This document shows, piece by piece, positions 22,001 to 34,143 of a stretch of DNA of 64,000 bases; positions within the stretch are counted from its first letter, which is position 1; the number at the start of each line of letters is the position of its first letter. A program made the position numbers and the translations under genes. The DNA is from Paraspadella gotoi (Eukaryota; Animalia; Chaetognatha), in the NCBI GenBank assembly GCA_051294375.1, contig CM119270.1, forward strand, positions 10,088,984-10,152,983, read 5' to 3'. The notes below the pieces were generated by a model, which saw nothing but the letters and a program-made list of their open reading frames with translations, searched no databases and was not told the DNA's origin.

Positions 22001-25000
22001 GTTTTTCATTGCTGCCATTATTCCCATTCCGGCCTTGAGAGCCTTTTGTTTTCAAGCGGCCATTTCCATTCTGTTTAACGCCGGAACGATGCTTTTTGTA
22101 TTTCCCGCCATAATTTCGGTTGATATAAGAAGAAAGCGTGAAAACAAATACGATTTAATCTGTTGTCTCGGCCCGAAAACTAATAAAAACGTGAGTTTCG
22201 ATTTATGCCAAACGACGTACAAATGTCGCGAAAACAAAAATAAAAATGATAACAAAAAGATGAAATCAAAATCGATCGTGGGTCCGAGTCAATCGGTCGC
22301 GTTTGGCACGGCGCAGCACGATTGCGGCCAGTTTTGTTCACCTCTCTTGCCCTGTCATTCTTTTCAACACCCAATCATGTGCCCCACCCACCTACAGCAG
22401 CAGCACCTACAACAGCAGCAACAACCACAACAGTTAATCGGTGGAATTTGCGGTCATCAAGCGCACAAGAGTGACGAAAATGGAAAGCATCTCTTGGCTC
22501 TGCCCGATCCATTCGAGTGGAATTCGGCCAAAAACGAAGATCTGAGCAAAGCGTTGGTTCAGTACAAAGAGAATCAGGGTCATGCGGCTTCAGCGGAAAA
22601 CCCGACCACTCCGTTTTGCGCTGAGCATCGAGATTCAAACTCCTCTTGTCCCGCCTGTCCGCCTCCTTGCAGCTTCGCTTGGCATCAACAACATTCCGGT
22701 TGTCACCAGTGCGCCCCCGCGCCTTGCACGAGCGCTAACTCACACGCAAAAATGTGCTGCAAATATTCCGAAAATCAGGTCGAGTTTCAAGACTGCGATT
22801 GCAAGTTTTCCCTTGCCTGGTTCGCGCGATGGTACGGCGGTAAAGTTCTTAAAAAGACGCAATCCAAGGTGGTTATCGTTACCGCCTTTATCGGTCTGCT
22901 CACGGCGGCCTTTTTGGGATGCTCAAAAGTCAAGGACGGGCTCGACCTGAGTGACATCGTTCCCCGCGACACTGAACAGTTTAAATTTCTCACTGTGCAA
23001 TCCAAGTACTTCGGTTTTTACAACATGTACTTAATTACGAAAAACTTTGATTATCCTAAAAACCAAAAATTGCTTTACAAATATCACGAGAGCTTTCAAA
23101 AGGTGAAGCACATTATGAAGAATGACGACGGTGGGCTTCCTTCTTTCTGGTTGCCCATGATGCGGGATTGGCTTAAGGGTTTGCAGGATGCATTTGACCG
23201 TGACAAGGTGCTCGGCCGGATCAGTAGTGACGGGTGGTTTGAGGGCGCCTCACAGGACGCCATACTCGCCTATAAGCTACTGCAGCAGACGGGCGAGCCG
23301 GACGATCCAATTAACAAGGATCAGGTCGAGCACACGCGGCTAGTTTCCAACGGCGACATAATCAATCCCAAGGCGTTCTACAACTATCTGTCTGCTTGGG
23401 TGACGAACGACGCTCTCGCCTATTCTCACTCAATGGCCAATCTTCACCCGCCTCCAGAGCAGTGGTCCTCCATCATCGACCGGGCGGACTATGAAGTGCC
23501 CAAATCCCGTCCGCTCGCCTACACGCAGATCCCTTTCTTCTTGGTTAACCTCAACAACACAGAGGACATTACTACAACCATTCAAGAGATTCGCGACATC
23601 TGCAAAGACTTTGAGGTCGACCTCGGCCTCCCTAACTTTCCCATTGGCATTCCCTTCACTTTCTGGCAACAGTACATCCACTTGCGGTGGTATCTCTTCC
23701 TGGCTATCGCCGCCGTCCTCGCCGCCACCTTCCTCATCCTCTGCTCGGTGTTGCTGAACCCGTGGGTCTCCGTTATCGTCGTCGTTGTACTCGGCATGCT
23801 CGTTATCGAGCTCTTCGGCCTCATGGGTTTTCTCGGCATCAAACTCTCTGCCATTCCCGCCGTAATACTCATCGTCTCCGTCGGTCTTGGCGTCGAGTTC
23901 TCGCTCCACATCAGCATCGCCTTTCTCACCACGATCGGCACTAAAGACCGGCGTCTCCGCCTCTCCCTCGAGCAGACGATGTCGCCGGTCGTTCACGGCG
24001 CCGTCTCGACTCTGCTCGGCGTCGTCATGCTCGCCTTTTCCGAATTCGATTTCATCTTCCGCTATTTCTTCTTCTCCCTCTCGGCGCTAATCCTCCTTGG
24101 GCTCCTCAACGGTATCGTGTTGCTCCCTGTGCTACTGGCGTGGATCGGCCCAGCTGCGGAAGTGACGCCGCGTGAGGATCCTCATCGCTTCTCGCCGCCG
24201 GAGCCGACGCCCGAACCATCGCCGGAGCCATCCCCCGTCTTGGTACGGCCGCGGTTGGTGCTTCCGCCTCGATCTTCCCGATCCAAGTTTCCCTCGCGGG
24301 TGCCTTCAGAGATTTCGTTGTCAACCATCACGGAGGAGCCTTCGCAATATTCGTCTTCGTCGTCGCATTATTCTTCTCACGAAATCATCGTCGAACCGGA
24401 AGTGATCGTGGAGACGACGACGGGCGACGGGTGCAATGGCGGCGCTGGATGCGGCGCTACCGGCGCTGCTGGTAGACCAGGAACGCCAGGATCGTCGTCC
24501 GGGTCGTCCTCATCGTCATCATCGTGCCCCTCATCAGTCGGTTCACATTCGTCGTCTTCTAACGGCGGCTCCAAGGTCACAACCCGAGTCAAAGCGACGG
24601 CGAAAGTCAAAGTGGAAGTGCACACGCCCACGCACGTGTTTCAGCAACCATCGACGCTTGGGTGCGGCAGCACCGGCCCCAGAAACGCCGGTGGAGAAGA
24701 TTCGGCGAAGAGCTTCAAGACGAAGCGGAAACGCGATCATAAGACGACAAGTTCCGGCAGAAACGGCGGTGGAAACGCCGTCAGCGACGTTAGACTCTGT
24801 TCCGCCCCCGGGGATTTAGTTGTAGGCGGAACGACCACTGTCCTCGCCGCCCCTCCGTGCAACAACGGTGGCAACAACAGTGACGATAATTCCACTATCT
24901 CCGTGCAAGATTTAAAAACGTCGGTGGATGGTCAACAACAACAACACGAACAACAACCGCATTTGACTCCTTATATTCATTCATGTTCTTGCAGCGAAAA

Positions 25001-25016
25001 CAACGGCAAAGATTGA
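18414..25016 (+). CDS. ptc: Protein patched (Hedgehog receptor, 12-TM RND/sterol-sensing domain); join(18414..19077,19171..25016), about 2169 aa
   Basis: Motifs [121 protein letters not shown], and C-tail SLSTITEEP and TAKVKVE as in invertebrate Ptc. A phase-1 intron ATCG|gtgcgt...ttttatcag|GT joins ORFs 18375-19115 and 19131-25016 in frame. The start codon is tentative because an upstream acceptor sits at 18390. Confidence 0.95.
18460..18468 (-). promoter_or_regulatory. Perfect GLI/Ci consensus site (GACCACCCA)
   Basis: TGGGTGGTC, 46 nt downstream of the putative patched ATG. Confidence 0.5.
19171..25016 (+). CDS. ptc: patched giant exon containing all conserved domains
   Basis: Uninterrupted 5846-nt ORF segment ending TGA. 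Confidence 0.95.
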
Positions 25017-25476
25017 TAAGGATACGAGAAGCAGCAACTTCTGTAAACAAAACAAAAAAAAACCACGAGATGGATTATCCCAAACTCGTAGATCCCCTCT
25101 TTTCCCTCCCCCGTCTTGTTTTAAGGCCACTCCCCGTGTTAATCCCAGAGCCCATGATTTCGCCATTGAATGATGAGATTTAGGATACAAGGAGAGAGAG
25201 AGGAAAAAAGTCAATTTGACAGGAGAGATTTCTGCGTTTTTTAACCTAAAAAAATTGGTTTTTCTATGATTGTTTATTGATTTTGATAATCACAGTTCAT
25301 CATTATTTTAAATCTTTGTTCTTGAATCGCATCGAAAGAATGTATTTAAGTAAATCGAAAAAAAAATTATTATCGCCGTTCACAACTGTATACTCAGGAT
25401 AATTTGTCGTTGCCCTGTGTTTTCGGTACGAAATTTTTTTTCTTGTTTGCTATTGAGATTCTATTTCTATGGTTTT

Positions 25477-25482
25477 AATAAA
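25477..25482 (+). terminator. Candidate polyadenylation signal for patched
   Basis: AATAAA about 460 nt after the stop; the 3'UTR may extend further. Confidence 0.3.
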
Positions 25483-28400
25483 AATTGCCCTCAAGTTTTC
25501 CTCTTCGTATATTTTTCGTATATTTTTTAACTGTTATAACCGCATCATCGCGAATTCTTTGTAAAAGTTTTGTTGTTGTTGTGGAGGGGAGGATATTTGG
25601 TTACCGATGAAAAGATGATTAACGAGGTATTACAGTCATAAATTCGAGAAAAACAGTATGTTAATGAGGTCTGAAAAAGAAAATCTTAAATGAAACAAAA
25701 AATCCTTAACCATTACGGTGATGAAACAACAAAACTTACGTAATTATTATATTATGCATGATTTAGATTTCTTTAATACACCTCATACTTTATATATTTG
25801 TCGACGATGTTTACGAGAGAATACATGTATTGTAAAAAAAATATTGTACAGTGCATTATTTTTGCATTAATTGTTATTATTAAAGTAATTATTTCTACAT
25901 CTCCGGTTAGAATTATTTATGATTGCCGAAAAGGTTCGAGTGCCGTAATTATCTCTGATTTATAGGCTCTAATAATTAGAGACAACCGTTAATCATTCCG
26001 GAGCGATTGGAGCCGACCGTTTGGAAATAATTATCAACATGAACAAAAAGGCAATTTGAGCATAAAGTTGACTTTTTTTCATTTTTCTGCAGTAAAAACG
26101 AGAACCGGGCATAGTAAAATTTTAAAAAATGAATTAAGAAAAAACAGGAAACTGAAGTGAATTGCTAAATATGCAAATTTGAGAAACACACAGCGCGCGG
26201 ATTTGTCATTAATATTTACGATATTATGTGTATGCTAAAACGTGTATTTCCCGACCACTGGCCGGTTAAAACAGCATTGAATGAGAAGACCGCCCGCGTG
26301 ATTTAGAGTTGGAGACCTAGTTGGATGTGAGGCGTCAACGTCGTAAAAGTTGTTCTGCATTCGACATCCGTAACTTATTACTTGGTAGTAATACTATTTT
26401 TCTCCTCTCACGGTAATCAAAACAGGGAGGCGTCCTAGAGCCATTTGGTAGTGAAATGTAATAATAATAAAAAGAACGATCACTTTTGAGGGCGTATTTC
26501 GTTAAGAAAGAGTACGATCTCTTCAAGGGGCGGTCTCCGATTTCGTTATATACGATCTTAATTTTCATTAGAGGCGGTCCCAAACTAGTGGACGAAATAA
26601 GTAGGAACGCGGCTTCTCGAAGAATTGGCCCACAAATCAGGAGTAAAGCCAGAGGGAGACAGCGTCGTGACGTTTCGACACGTCCACTCGAATTTAAGAC
26701 CGGGGACCCGCTATTCGTTTTGTCATCTCCCCGCGTAAATTAATCCCGTATTTGACAGGGGGGCCCGTTGAGATATTGCGCATAGACAAACCATACTTGG
26801 ACGGAGGGGAATGACAGATGTCCTGTCTCCGATTTCGCGGGGTCCTGAACCTGTCTTCGAGCGTTCTTTGTCTCGATCTCGTCGTCGACCAAGCCTTTAT
26901 TTTACCCCCTCCGTTGGGTGAACGATTTTTCACTATCTCAAACCAAATTTTGATCACTTTTCCGCTGATTACTTTACAATACATGTCAAAAAAAATAAGG
27001 CGCATAAAATTTGAGACAACATTTATAACTTTTCATATTAAAATCTGTTATTTTCCTATATATATTTTCGTATATCTTAATATTTTAGCTTTTACTGATT
27101 TGATTGAGCTATCTGGCCGGAAGATTTTATGAACAATACAAGTGTGGGTTGAATATGAAAATGTCTATGTATGAAAGTGATAAAATTTTAAGATATACAC
27201 AGGTTTTTAACGAGGCAAAATTAGAAAAAACTTTCAAAATTGTAACAAAGATACAATTTTCTGTAACGTCTAAAACGGTGGGCGAAATCAAAACTAAAGC
27301 AGATGCCAAACGAAATGGATAAATAAAGAATGAGACGAGAGAAAAACGAAAGCAGCCATATATTTTCTCATTAACGCAAATCCCGATCAACTTACTATAA
27401 TTTAAACAGCTCTTAATATGTTAGGAGCCTCAAATTCTTCCAGGATCGTTTGTCTCTGTCTCTCGCCATTACACTATTTATTTTTTACGTCAGATTAAAG
27501 CTGCGCCCGCTAATTTTCAAATCGTAAGAATGTTTAAGGGTCGAGCCGCGTTTAATACAGGATGGGATTAAAGTATAGAACGATTTTACAACCTTTTTTT
27601 TTCTGTATTTGTATATCCAAATAATAAAATTTAAACTTTTGAAAAAAAATTTTATTATCAAAATTCTTGAAGTATCATAAAATTTTAAAATATTTTTTTT
27701 TAAAAACAGATTTAATAAAATAAATATAAACCTATTATAAAATATGTTATAAAACATTATGATGTTTAATCCATAAAAAAGTATACAACATTAAAAAATG
27801 AAACCTTATTATTAATTTTTAACCTTAAAAACCTTAGAAATTTTTAATATGTATCAAATTTTAATTAAATTTTTTATTATAAATCTGAATTCATAAAAAA
27901 AATTTAATTCTCTATTATATTTTTTTTCTCTTTCTCTCTTTCGTTTTTAAAATATTTTATAAATTAATTTGAGCTGATAAAAACTTAAACTGAGGTCAAA
28001 ATAAATTTTTTTTTTTTATTATTTATAAATAAAAATTTCAATTGCCAACAAAAGAGAAAGTCTAAATACAATTGCTAATACTAAAAATCTTATTTTTAAT
28101 TAAAATGCAACAAAACTGAAAGGTACTTATACATAAAATATATAGGGTATTCAAGCTATTTTGGGAGTAACTTTATTGGGCTTTTATTAATATAGAAGTT
28201 ACCTATCTATTAAAACCGAAAACATATTTAAAAGTTTCATTATTATAGCTTTCAGCCCAACAGTTAATACGAAAATGAATATTTTTATGCGATACATCAG
28301 CTTTTATTACTCAATTTAGATTATTTGTTCGACCTAAGCAGGGATGTGGAGCCGACCTAATTTTATCTCGGCTCTAGCTCCGGCTCCAGCTCCAGGCCAA

Positions 28401-29717
28401 ATTTTTTTTCTGCTCCAGCTCCGGCTCCAAGCAAAAATTTTTTTTGGCTCCGGCTCTAGCAAAAATTTCAACTCGGCTCTGGCTCCGACTCCATTACTAT
28501 ATATATATATATAATTAAAATTTAAGAAATTACATATTCATATTATTTTTTAAATTATATAAATTATAATTTGATTATATTTAATATTAATTATATATTA
28601 TAATATATAATATATTTTAATATTAAAAACATAATTAAAATTATTTTTAAAAATATTAAAATAATAACTAAAACATTTTTAAAATTTTTTTATAACATCC
28701 TCACTATTTGGTAATTTAACTGTAAATTACATTTAGCATTCTTGTTATGGTGATTTTACTTAAAACTCAGATTATGGTTAGGGTCGAGCATTCACTTATA
28801 TTATGTCAGAACATCGAATTATGATAAATTATACAAAAAAAAAGATGTCCGTCCATCCGTCTGTCTATCCATTAGGGAGGAGTGATGAAAAGATTGAGTG
28901 ATTAAACATTATTTTTTTACTGCTTATGGATATGTTATGAATAAATGAATATAAATCAATAAATTTTAAATCCTTTTAAAAATATTTTTAGCATAACAGT
29001 ATAGTAAATTCAATTATTTATATAGTAATATCTTTATAAAATCCTTAAATTTCAAAATAATTTTTTTTATTTTTAAGAACAGATTTGGATTCGCCATAAA
29101 AAACTAAGAAACTTTTATAAAATATGTTATATGATATTTTAATGTTTAGACCACAAAAAATGACTAAAAAGTTTTAATATATATAAGTTTCTACTAGAGA
29201 GAATAAAAAAGTGATGAATTTTTACCTTTTTCCCGTTTTAAATGCTGAAGATGATAGAATTTTTATAACATGTTTTATATTTTTGATTCAATTTTTTATG
29301 AAAAATCTGAATCTTTAATAAAAGTATTAAAAAAATTATTTTTAAAATTTACTATTTTATAAGAATATTACTACAAATATATTATATTTTACTATTCTGT
29401 TCCCAAGACAATATGAAAAAAATATTTTTTGTACTAGTTAATCATACTATCTCACATCTAAATATCCTTGTTCGATCATTCAAATAATTTATTTGTTCTT
29501 GAGTGCTCCACTCTACTATCCATCCCTCTGACCTTAGCAAAAAATACCAATTATTCGTGAGTGGATGGATAGATTGGAATAAAATTTTGTGTGTAGGTAG
29601 GAAAGTGTGTGAATGAGCTGGATATGAAGTTTCGATGGAATCGTCCAAGAGAAATTGAGTTTAAATGAAAAAAACAAAAAAATATTATCATTATTTTGAA
29701 CACCAATTACTCATTAA

Positions 29718-30318
29718 GGCGTAGTGAAAGTTACATACGAAGATTCTAAAAGTCAATTATGAACAACATACCATCAGTGAACATTAATTTGTAAAAAAAA
29801 AATTTTTTTTTAATTTTCGCAGTAGGCTATATTTATATATAGTACTATCCTTATAAAATCGAAAAATTTCAAAATAGGCTTTTCTTAATTTTGATTGCAG
29901 ATTTGAATTCCTCGTCAAAAGTTGATAAAAGAAAATATAAATCATTTTTAAAAATTCTTTCATTAAGTGGGTTAAAAATTTAAAAAACTATATTTAATAT
30001 ATAAAAAATTAATTTTCAGCTTAAAATATAGCTTTTTCTAATTTTTGACCCACTTAATGAAGGAATTTTTCAAAAAGAGTTATATTTCTTTTTATCAACT
30101 TTTTATGTCAAATCTAAATCTGCAAAAAAATTTTAGAAAAAACTGTTTTGAAATTTTAACATTTATTGGTTTAGTACTAGTATAAATATGGCCTACTGCG
30201 TAAATTGTAAAATTTATTATAAATTTTTTTTATTATATAAATGTTCATTAGTATAGTGTTGTTCATTCCTCACTTTTAGAATTTTAATTAAAGTTAAATT
30301 TAGCAATTTTACTACGCC
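29718..30318. mobile_element. Foldback MITE (~600 bp imperfect palindrome)
   Basis: Ends GGCGTAGTGAAA / TTTTACTACGCC flanked by (T)TAA and TTA; the halves are reverse-complementary along their length. Confidence 0.75.
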
Positions 30319-30321
30319 TTA

Positions 30322-30358
30322 CTGATGAAGGCTCTAAGTGAAAGAGCCGAAACATGTC
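30322..30358 (+). ncRNA. Minimal type I hammerhead ribozyme core (Penelope pLTR type)
   Basis: CTGATGA-a-GGCTC-taagtgaaa-GAGCC-GAAAC-at-GTC, followed by AATAAA and a tail homologous to 34040-34142; helix I is only about 3 bp. Confidence 0.75.
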
Positions 30359-31576
30359 TGACTAAACTATGTCAAATAAATCGTTGTTAAACAAAAACTG
30401 TTTTTCTCCTAATACCTAAAAACAACGAAAAGAGAGTTATACATAATGTCTTTCATAAAATATTAGTATTATATTTTTTTAAATATCTTTTTAATTTAAT
30501 AATTATAATCTTATTTTATTTGTATTTTTTTTATTTAATAATTATAATCTTATTTTAGTTTTATGGAGCTGGAGCCGAGCATTTTTAATTCGGCTCCAGC
30601 TCCGGCTCCAGTCAAAAATTTATTTTGGCTCTGGCTCCGGCCAGATAAAAATTTTGGCTCTGGCTCCAGCTCTGGTAAAAAAGCTCGGCTCCGGCGGCTC
30701 CAGCTCCGGCTCCGTCTCCACATCCTTGGACCTAAGCAAAATTTTCAGATTTATAGTTTGCTTAAAATTATTGATAAAAAAATAAAACACATTTTTAGAA
30801 TCTGCTTGGATTTAGCTTATAATCAATACCTACAATTCTAAAATAATTGATAAGGAAATGGAAGCAATATTATTTTTTTCTAGAGGTATCTTTTTTTTAA
30901 AACTATGAAATGATAAATTACTTGTGAATACAATAAATAAGAAAGCAAAAATTGTTGAATCACAATATAATCTATTTTACTTTGCAAACAAATTTTAAAA
31001 ATTCAACGAAATAAAAGGAAATACTACAATCAAACAAAATTTAAAAAAGGTTTTGAATTTAATAGGTCTAGCCTTTAATTTGATACCCAAATAAGCCTCT
31101 TAATTCATTCTTTATGTAATTAATGTATTTTATTTATAATATCAGAAGTTTAAAATATCTAAAAAAATTAATAAATATTTTTCATTTATAAATGGTACAG
31201 AGATATGAGAACAATACCTAAGTGCATTTTCCGCTGGATTAATTAGCAAGATTCGTAATTGCCAAAAAGGCTTACTATAATAGAAATATTTTTTTGATAT
31301 ATTCTTTTATAATTATACCAATTTTCAAAAGATTATTTTAATTTTTATGACTTCAAATGAATTTTTTAAGATATTCAAAAAATAGTATTTTAAAAATTTA
31401 TAATTAAAAAAGGATATTAATATAATTTATTATATAATATTAAAATATTATTAGATTGATCAAATAAAAAACTGCTTCAAAAAATACCAAAATAGCTTAA
31501 ATAATAATATATGGTGGACTAAAATCCACCAACCGTTCATCAGCGTACAACTTTCAAAAATATTTATGTTTTCTTA

Positions 31577-32532
31577 NNNNNNNNNNNNNNNNNNNNNNNN
31601 NNNNNNNNNNNNNNNNNNNNNNNNNNNNNNNNNNNNNNNNNNNNNNNNNNNNNNNNNNNNNNNNNNNNNNNNNNNNNNNNNNNNNNNNNNNNNNNNNNNN
31701 NNNNNNNNNNNNNNNNNNNNNNNNNNNNNNNNNNNNNNNNNNNNNNNNNNNNNNNNNNNNNNNNNNNNNNNNNNNNNNNNNNNNNNNNNNNNNNNNNNNN
31801 NNNNNNNNNNNNNNNNNNNNNNNNNNNNNNNNNNNNNNNNNNNNNNNNNNNNNNNNNNNNNNNNNNNNNNNNNNNNNNNNNNNNNNNNNNNNNNNNNNNN
31901 NNNNNNNNNNNNNNNNNNNNNNNNNNNNNNNNNNNNNNNNNNNNNNNNNNNNNNNNNNNNNNNNNNNNNNNNNNNNNNNNNNNNNNNNNNNNNNNNNNNN
32001 NNNNNNNNNNNNNNNNNNNNNNNNNNNNNNNNNNNNNNNNNNNNNNNNNNNNNNNNNNNNNNNNNNNNNNNNNNNNNNNNNNNNNNNNNNNNNNNNNNNN
32101 NNNNNNNNNNNNNNNNNNNNNNNNNNNNNNNNNNNNNNNNNNNNNNNNNNNNNNNNNNNNNNNNNNNNNNNNNNNNNNNNNNNNNNNNNNNNNNNNNNNN
32201 NNNNNNNNNNNNNNNNNNNNNNNNNNNNNNNNNNNNNNNNNNNNNNNNNNNNNNNNNNNNNNNNNNNNNNNNNNNNNNNNNNNNNNNNNNNNNNNNNNNN
32301 NNNNNNNNNNNNNNNNNNNNNNNNNNNNNNNNNNNNNNNNNNNNNNNNNNNNNNNNNNNNNNNNNNNNNNNNNNNNNNNNNNNNNNNNNNNNNNNNNNNN
32401 NNNNNNNNNNNNNNNNNNNNNNNNNNNNNNNNNNNNNNNNNNNNNNNNNNNNNNNNNNNNNNNNNNNNNNNNNNNNNNNNNNNNNNNNNNNNNNNNNNNN
32501 NNNNNNNNNNNNNNNNNNNNNNNNNNNNNNNN
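31577..32532. other. Assembly gap (N run)
   Basis: N characters. Confidence 1.
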
Positions 32533-32686
32533 ATATAAGCAGTCCCTGAGCTTCGGATCAGGCTGTAACACCATGTTACAGCGGCGGTTAAGCGCCCCGT
32601 CCCTCTTTAACTGCCAGACGACCACCGGGCTAGAACCCCGGACCTTGGGTTGGGAGGCGAATGACTTGCTTCCGCACCAAATGGCG
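32533..32686 (-). mobile_element. tRNA-derived SINE (3' part lost in gap)
   Basis: Minus strand gccatttggtgcggaag...TCGCCTCCCAacccaaggtccggGGTTCTAGCCC gives a degenerate A box, anticodon arm and B box followed by a GC-rich body; no full cloverleaf. Confidence 0.6.
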
Positions 32687-33947
32687 TTAAATTTTTTATT
32701 TAACTTTTTATGCTCTATCAGAATCATTATATAGTAATATATTAATTTTAATAGCAACAATAAAAGCATTAAAATCGAACTTTTTTAAAAAATTCTTTTT
32801 TTACCTAAAAGTAGACTTCAAGACTAAAGTTTTGAACCCCCGCCCCTATCGAAATTAATTTTATAGTGGATTTCTATTTATATTATTAATTATTATATTA
32901 TTATATTATTAATATTATATAGTATATAATATATGAATGATTTACTCAAAATTTCCATTCTTTTTGCCTATCATTTGATTAATACAAACATTGATTTTGC
33001 TATAAGCTTAATTTATGTATACTACTGAAGTATTTAAAATGATCTTATTGAAAAAAGTTTTTACCTTTTTCCACTCTGTATTTAAGTACAGTGGCCATCG
33101 ATGACCCTCAGAAATAGATTTTCTTAGGATTCTTAATTAAGAGTTAATGCTATACTAGTACCACATACGTCTTGAAAAATTTGCTTAACCGGATGTAAAG
33201 AAACGTCACGAAACATTTTTTAAAAGTTGTTACCCTATTAAAGTGTTCATAGTAATCAGATTTTAGCAAGAAAGAAACTGGCTATGAGGAAAATGATTCA
33301 TTTACAGGGGGTAAGATTGAGATAGGATAATATCTCGGAAAAATTAAACAAAAAATGGTAATACCGATGTGCTGCGCCACATTTACTTTCTTATATGACT
33401 ATATGATTACCATATTACACAATACACAAGTATGAAATATGCGTAATAACTAATAAGCGTCTCACGGATGCCGACTTATCTATAAAATATTAATTAAAAT
33501 AAATAAATATTTCACAAACGATGACACATTGATTCTCTTATCATGAGATTGTCCGTCTTTCAATGTGATCACGTGACTTCTTCACATTACACAAAGCTGA
33601 AACATACACGTTGGATGATACCGCATCTCTTTGCCAGATATTATCTCTAATGTATCAAGAATACAAAAATTATGCCGTATTGAATTTCTGTTTAACTTCA
33701 AGTAACAAAAAGCCTTTTTAAAAATATTTGAGCAAAGACATAAATTGTGTTTTATATTCTGTAAAAATGGTAAACAAGTTTGAGCAAACAACGTCGGATC
33801 TGCCTACAATAATTAAGCGGTAATAAGCTAATCCGAGGATAAATTATGGTAATTTTTTCTGACTCTCAATTTGTGATCTTAATAGATTGTAACAAATCGT
33901 AACATAACAAATCATAAAAGACTTCTTAATAAATATATGAAAAAATC

Positions 33948-34143
33948 TTAACAAAGTTTGATTTTATTTTGCAACGAATTTTATTTTATAAGAGCAGACA
34001 TGTTTCGGCTCACAATACGAGCCTTCTTCAGCGTATATTGTGAGCCGAAACATGTCTGCTCTTATAAAATAAAATTCGTTGCAAAATAAAATCAAACTTT
34101 GTTAATCTCTCAAACAACGAAAAAGAAAGGATAATTACCATGA
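33948..34143. mobile_element. Penelope-like pLTR inverted-repeat insertion with hammerhead core
   Basis: Perfect 70-bp arms (33948-34017 / 34036-34105), ~38-bp tail, 11-bp direct repeat ATGAAAAAATC at 33937-33947 and 34144-34154. Confidence 0.8.
33997..34031 (-). ncRNA. Minimal hammerhead ribozyme core
   Basis: Minus strand CTGAAGA-a-GGCTC-gtattgt-GAGCC-GAAAC-at-GTC. Confidence 0.72.

Larger units (their letters stand above)
28339..30728. mobile_element. Non-autonomous hAT-type DNA transposon carrying nested insertions
   Basis: TIRs CAGGGATGTGGAG / CTCCACATCCTTG, exact 8-bp TSD GACCTAAG (28331-28338, 30729-30736), and (GGCTCC)-type subterminal repeats at both ends. Confidence 0.88.

Noticed and set aside
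30563-30841. 92-aa ORF with APAPAP/LRLRL
   Set aside because: Translation of hAT subterminal GGCTCC repeats
32600-32686. Possible tRNA genes here and at 62785-62858
   Set aside because: A/B boxes are present but acceptor and D stems do not close; followed by SINE-like bodies
31564-32769. 401-aa and 327-aa ORFs
   Set aside because: Run through an N gap
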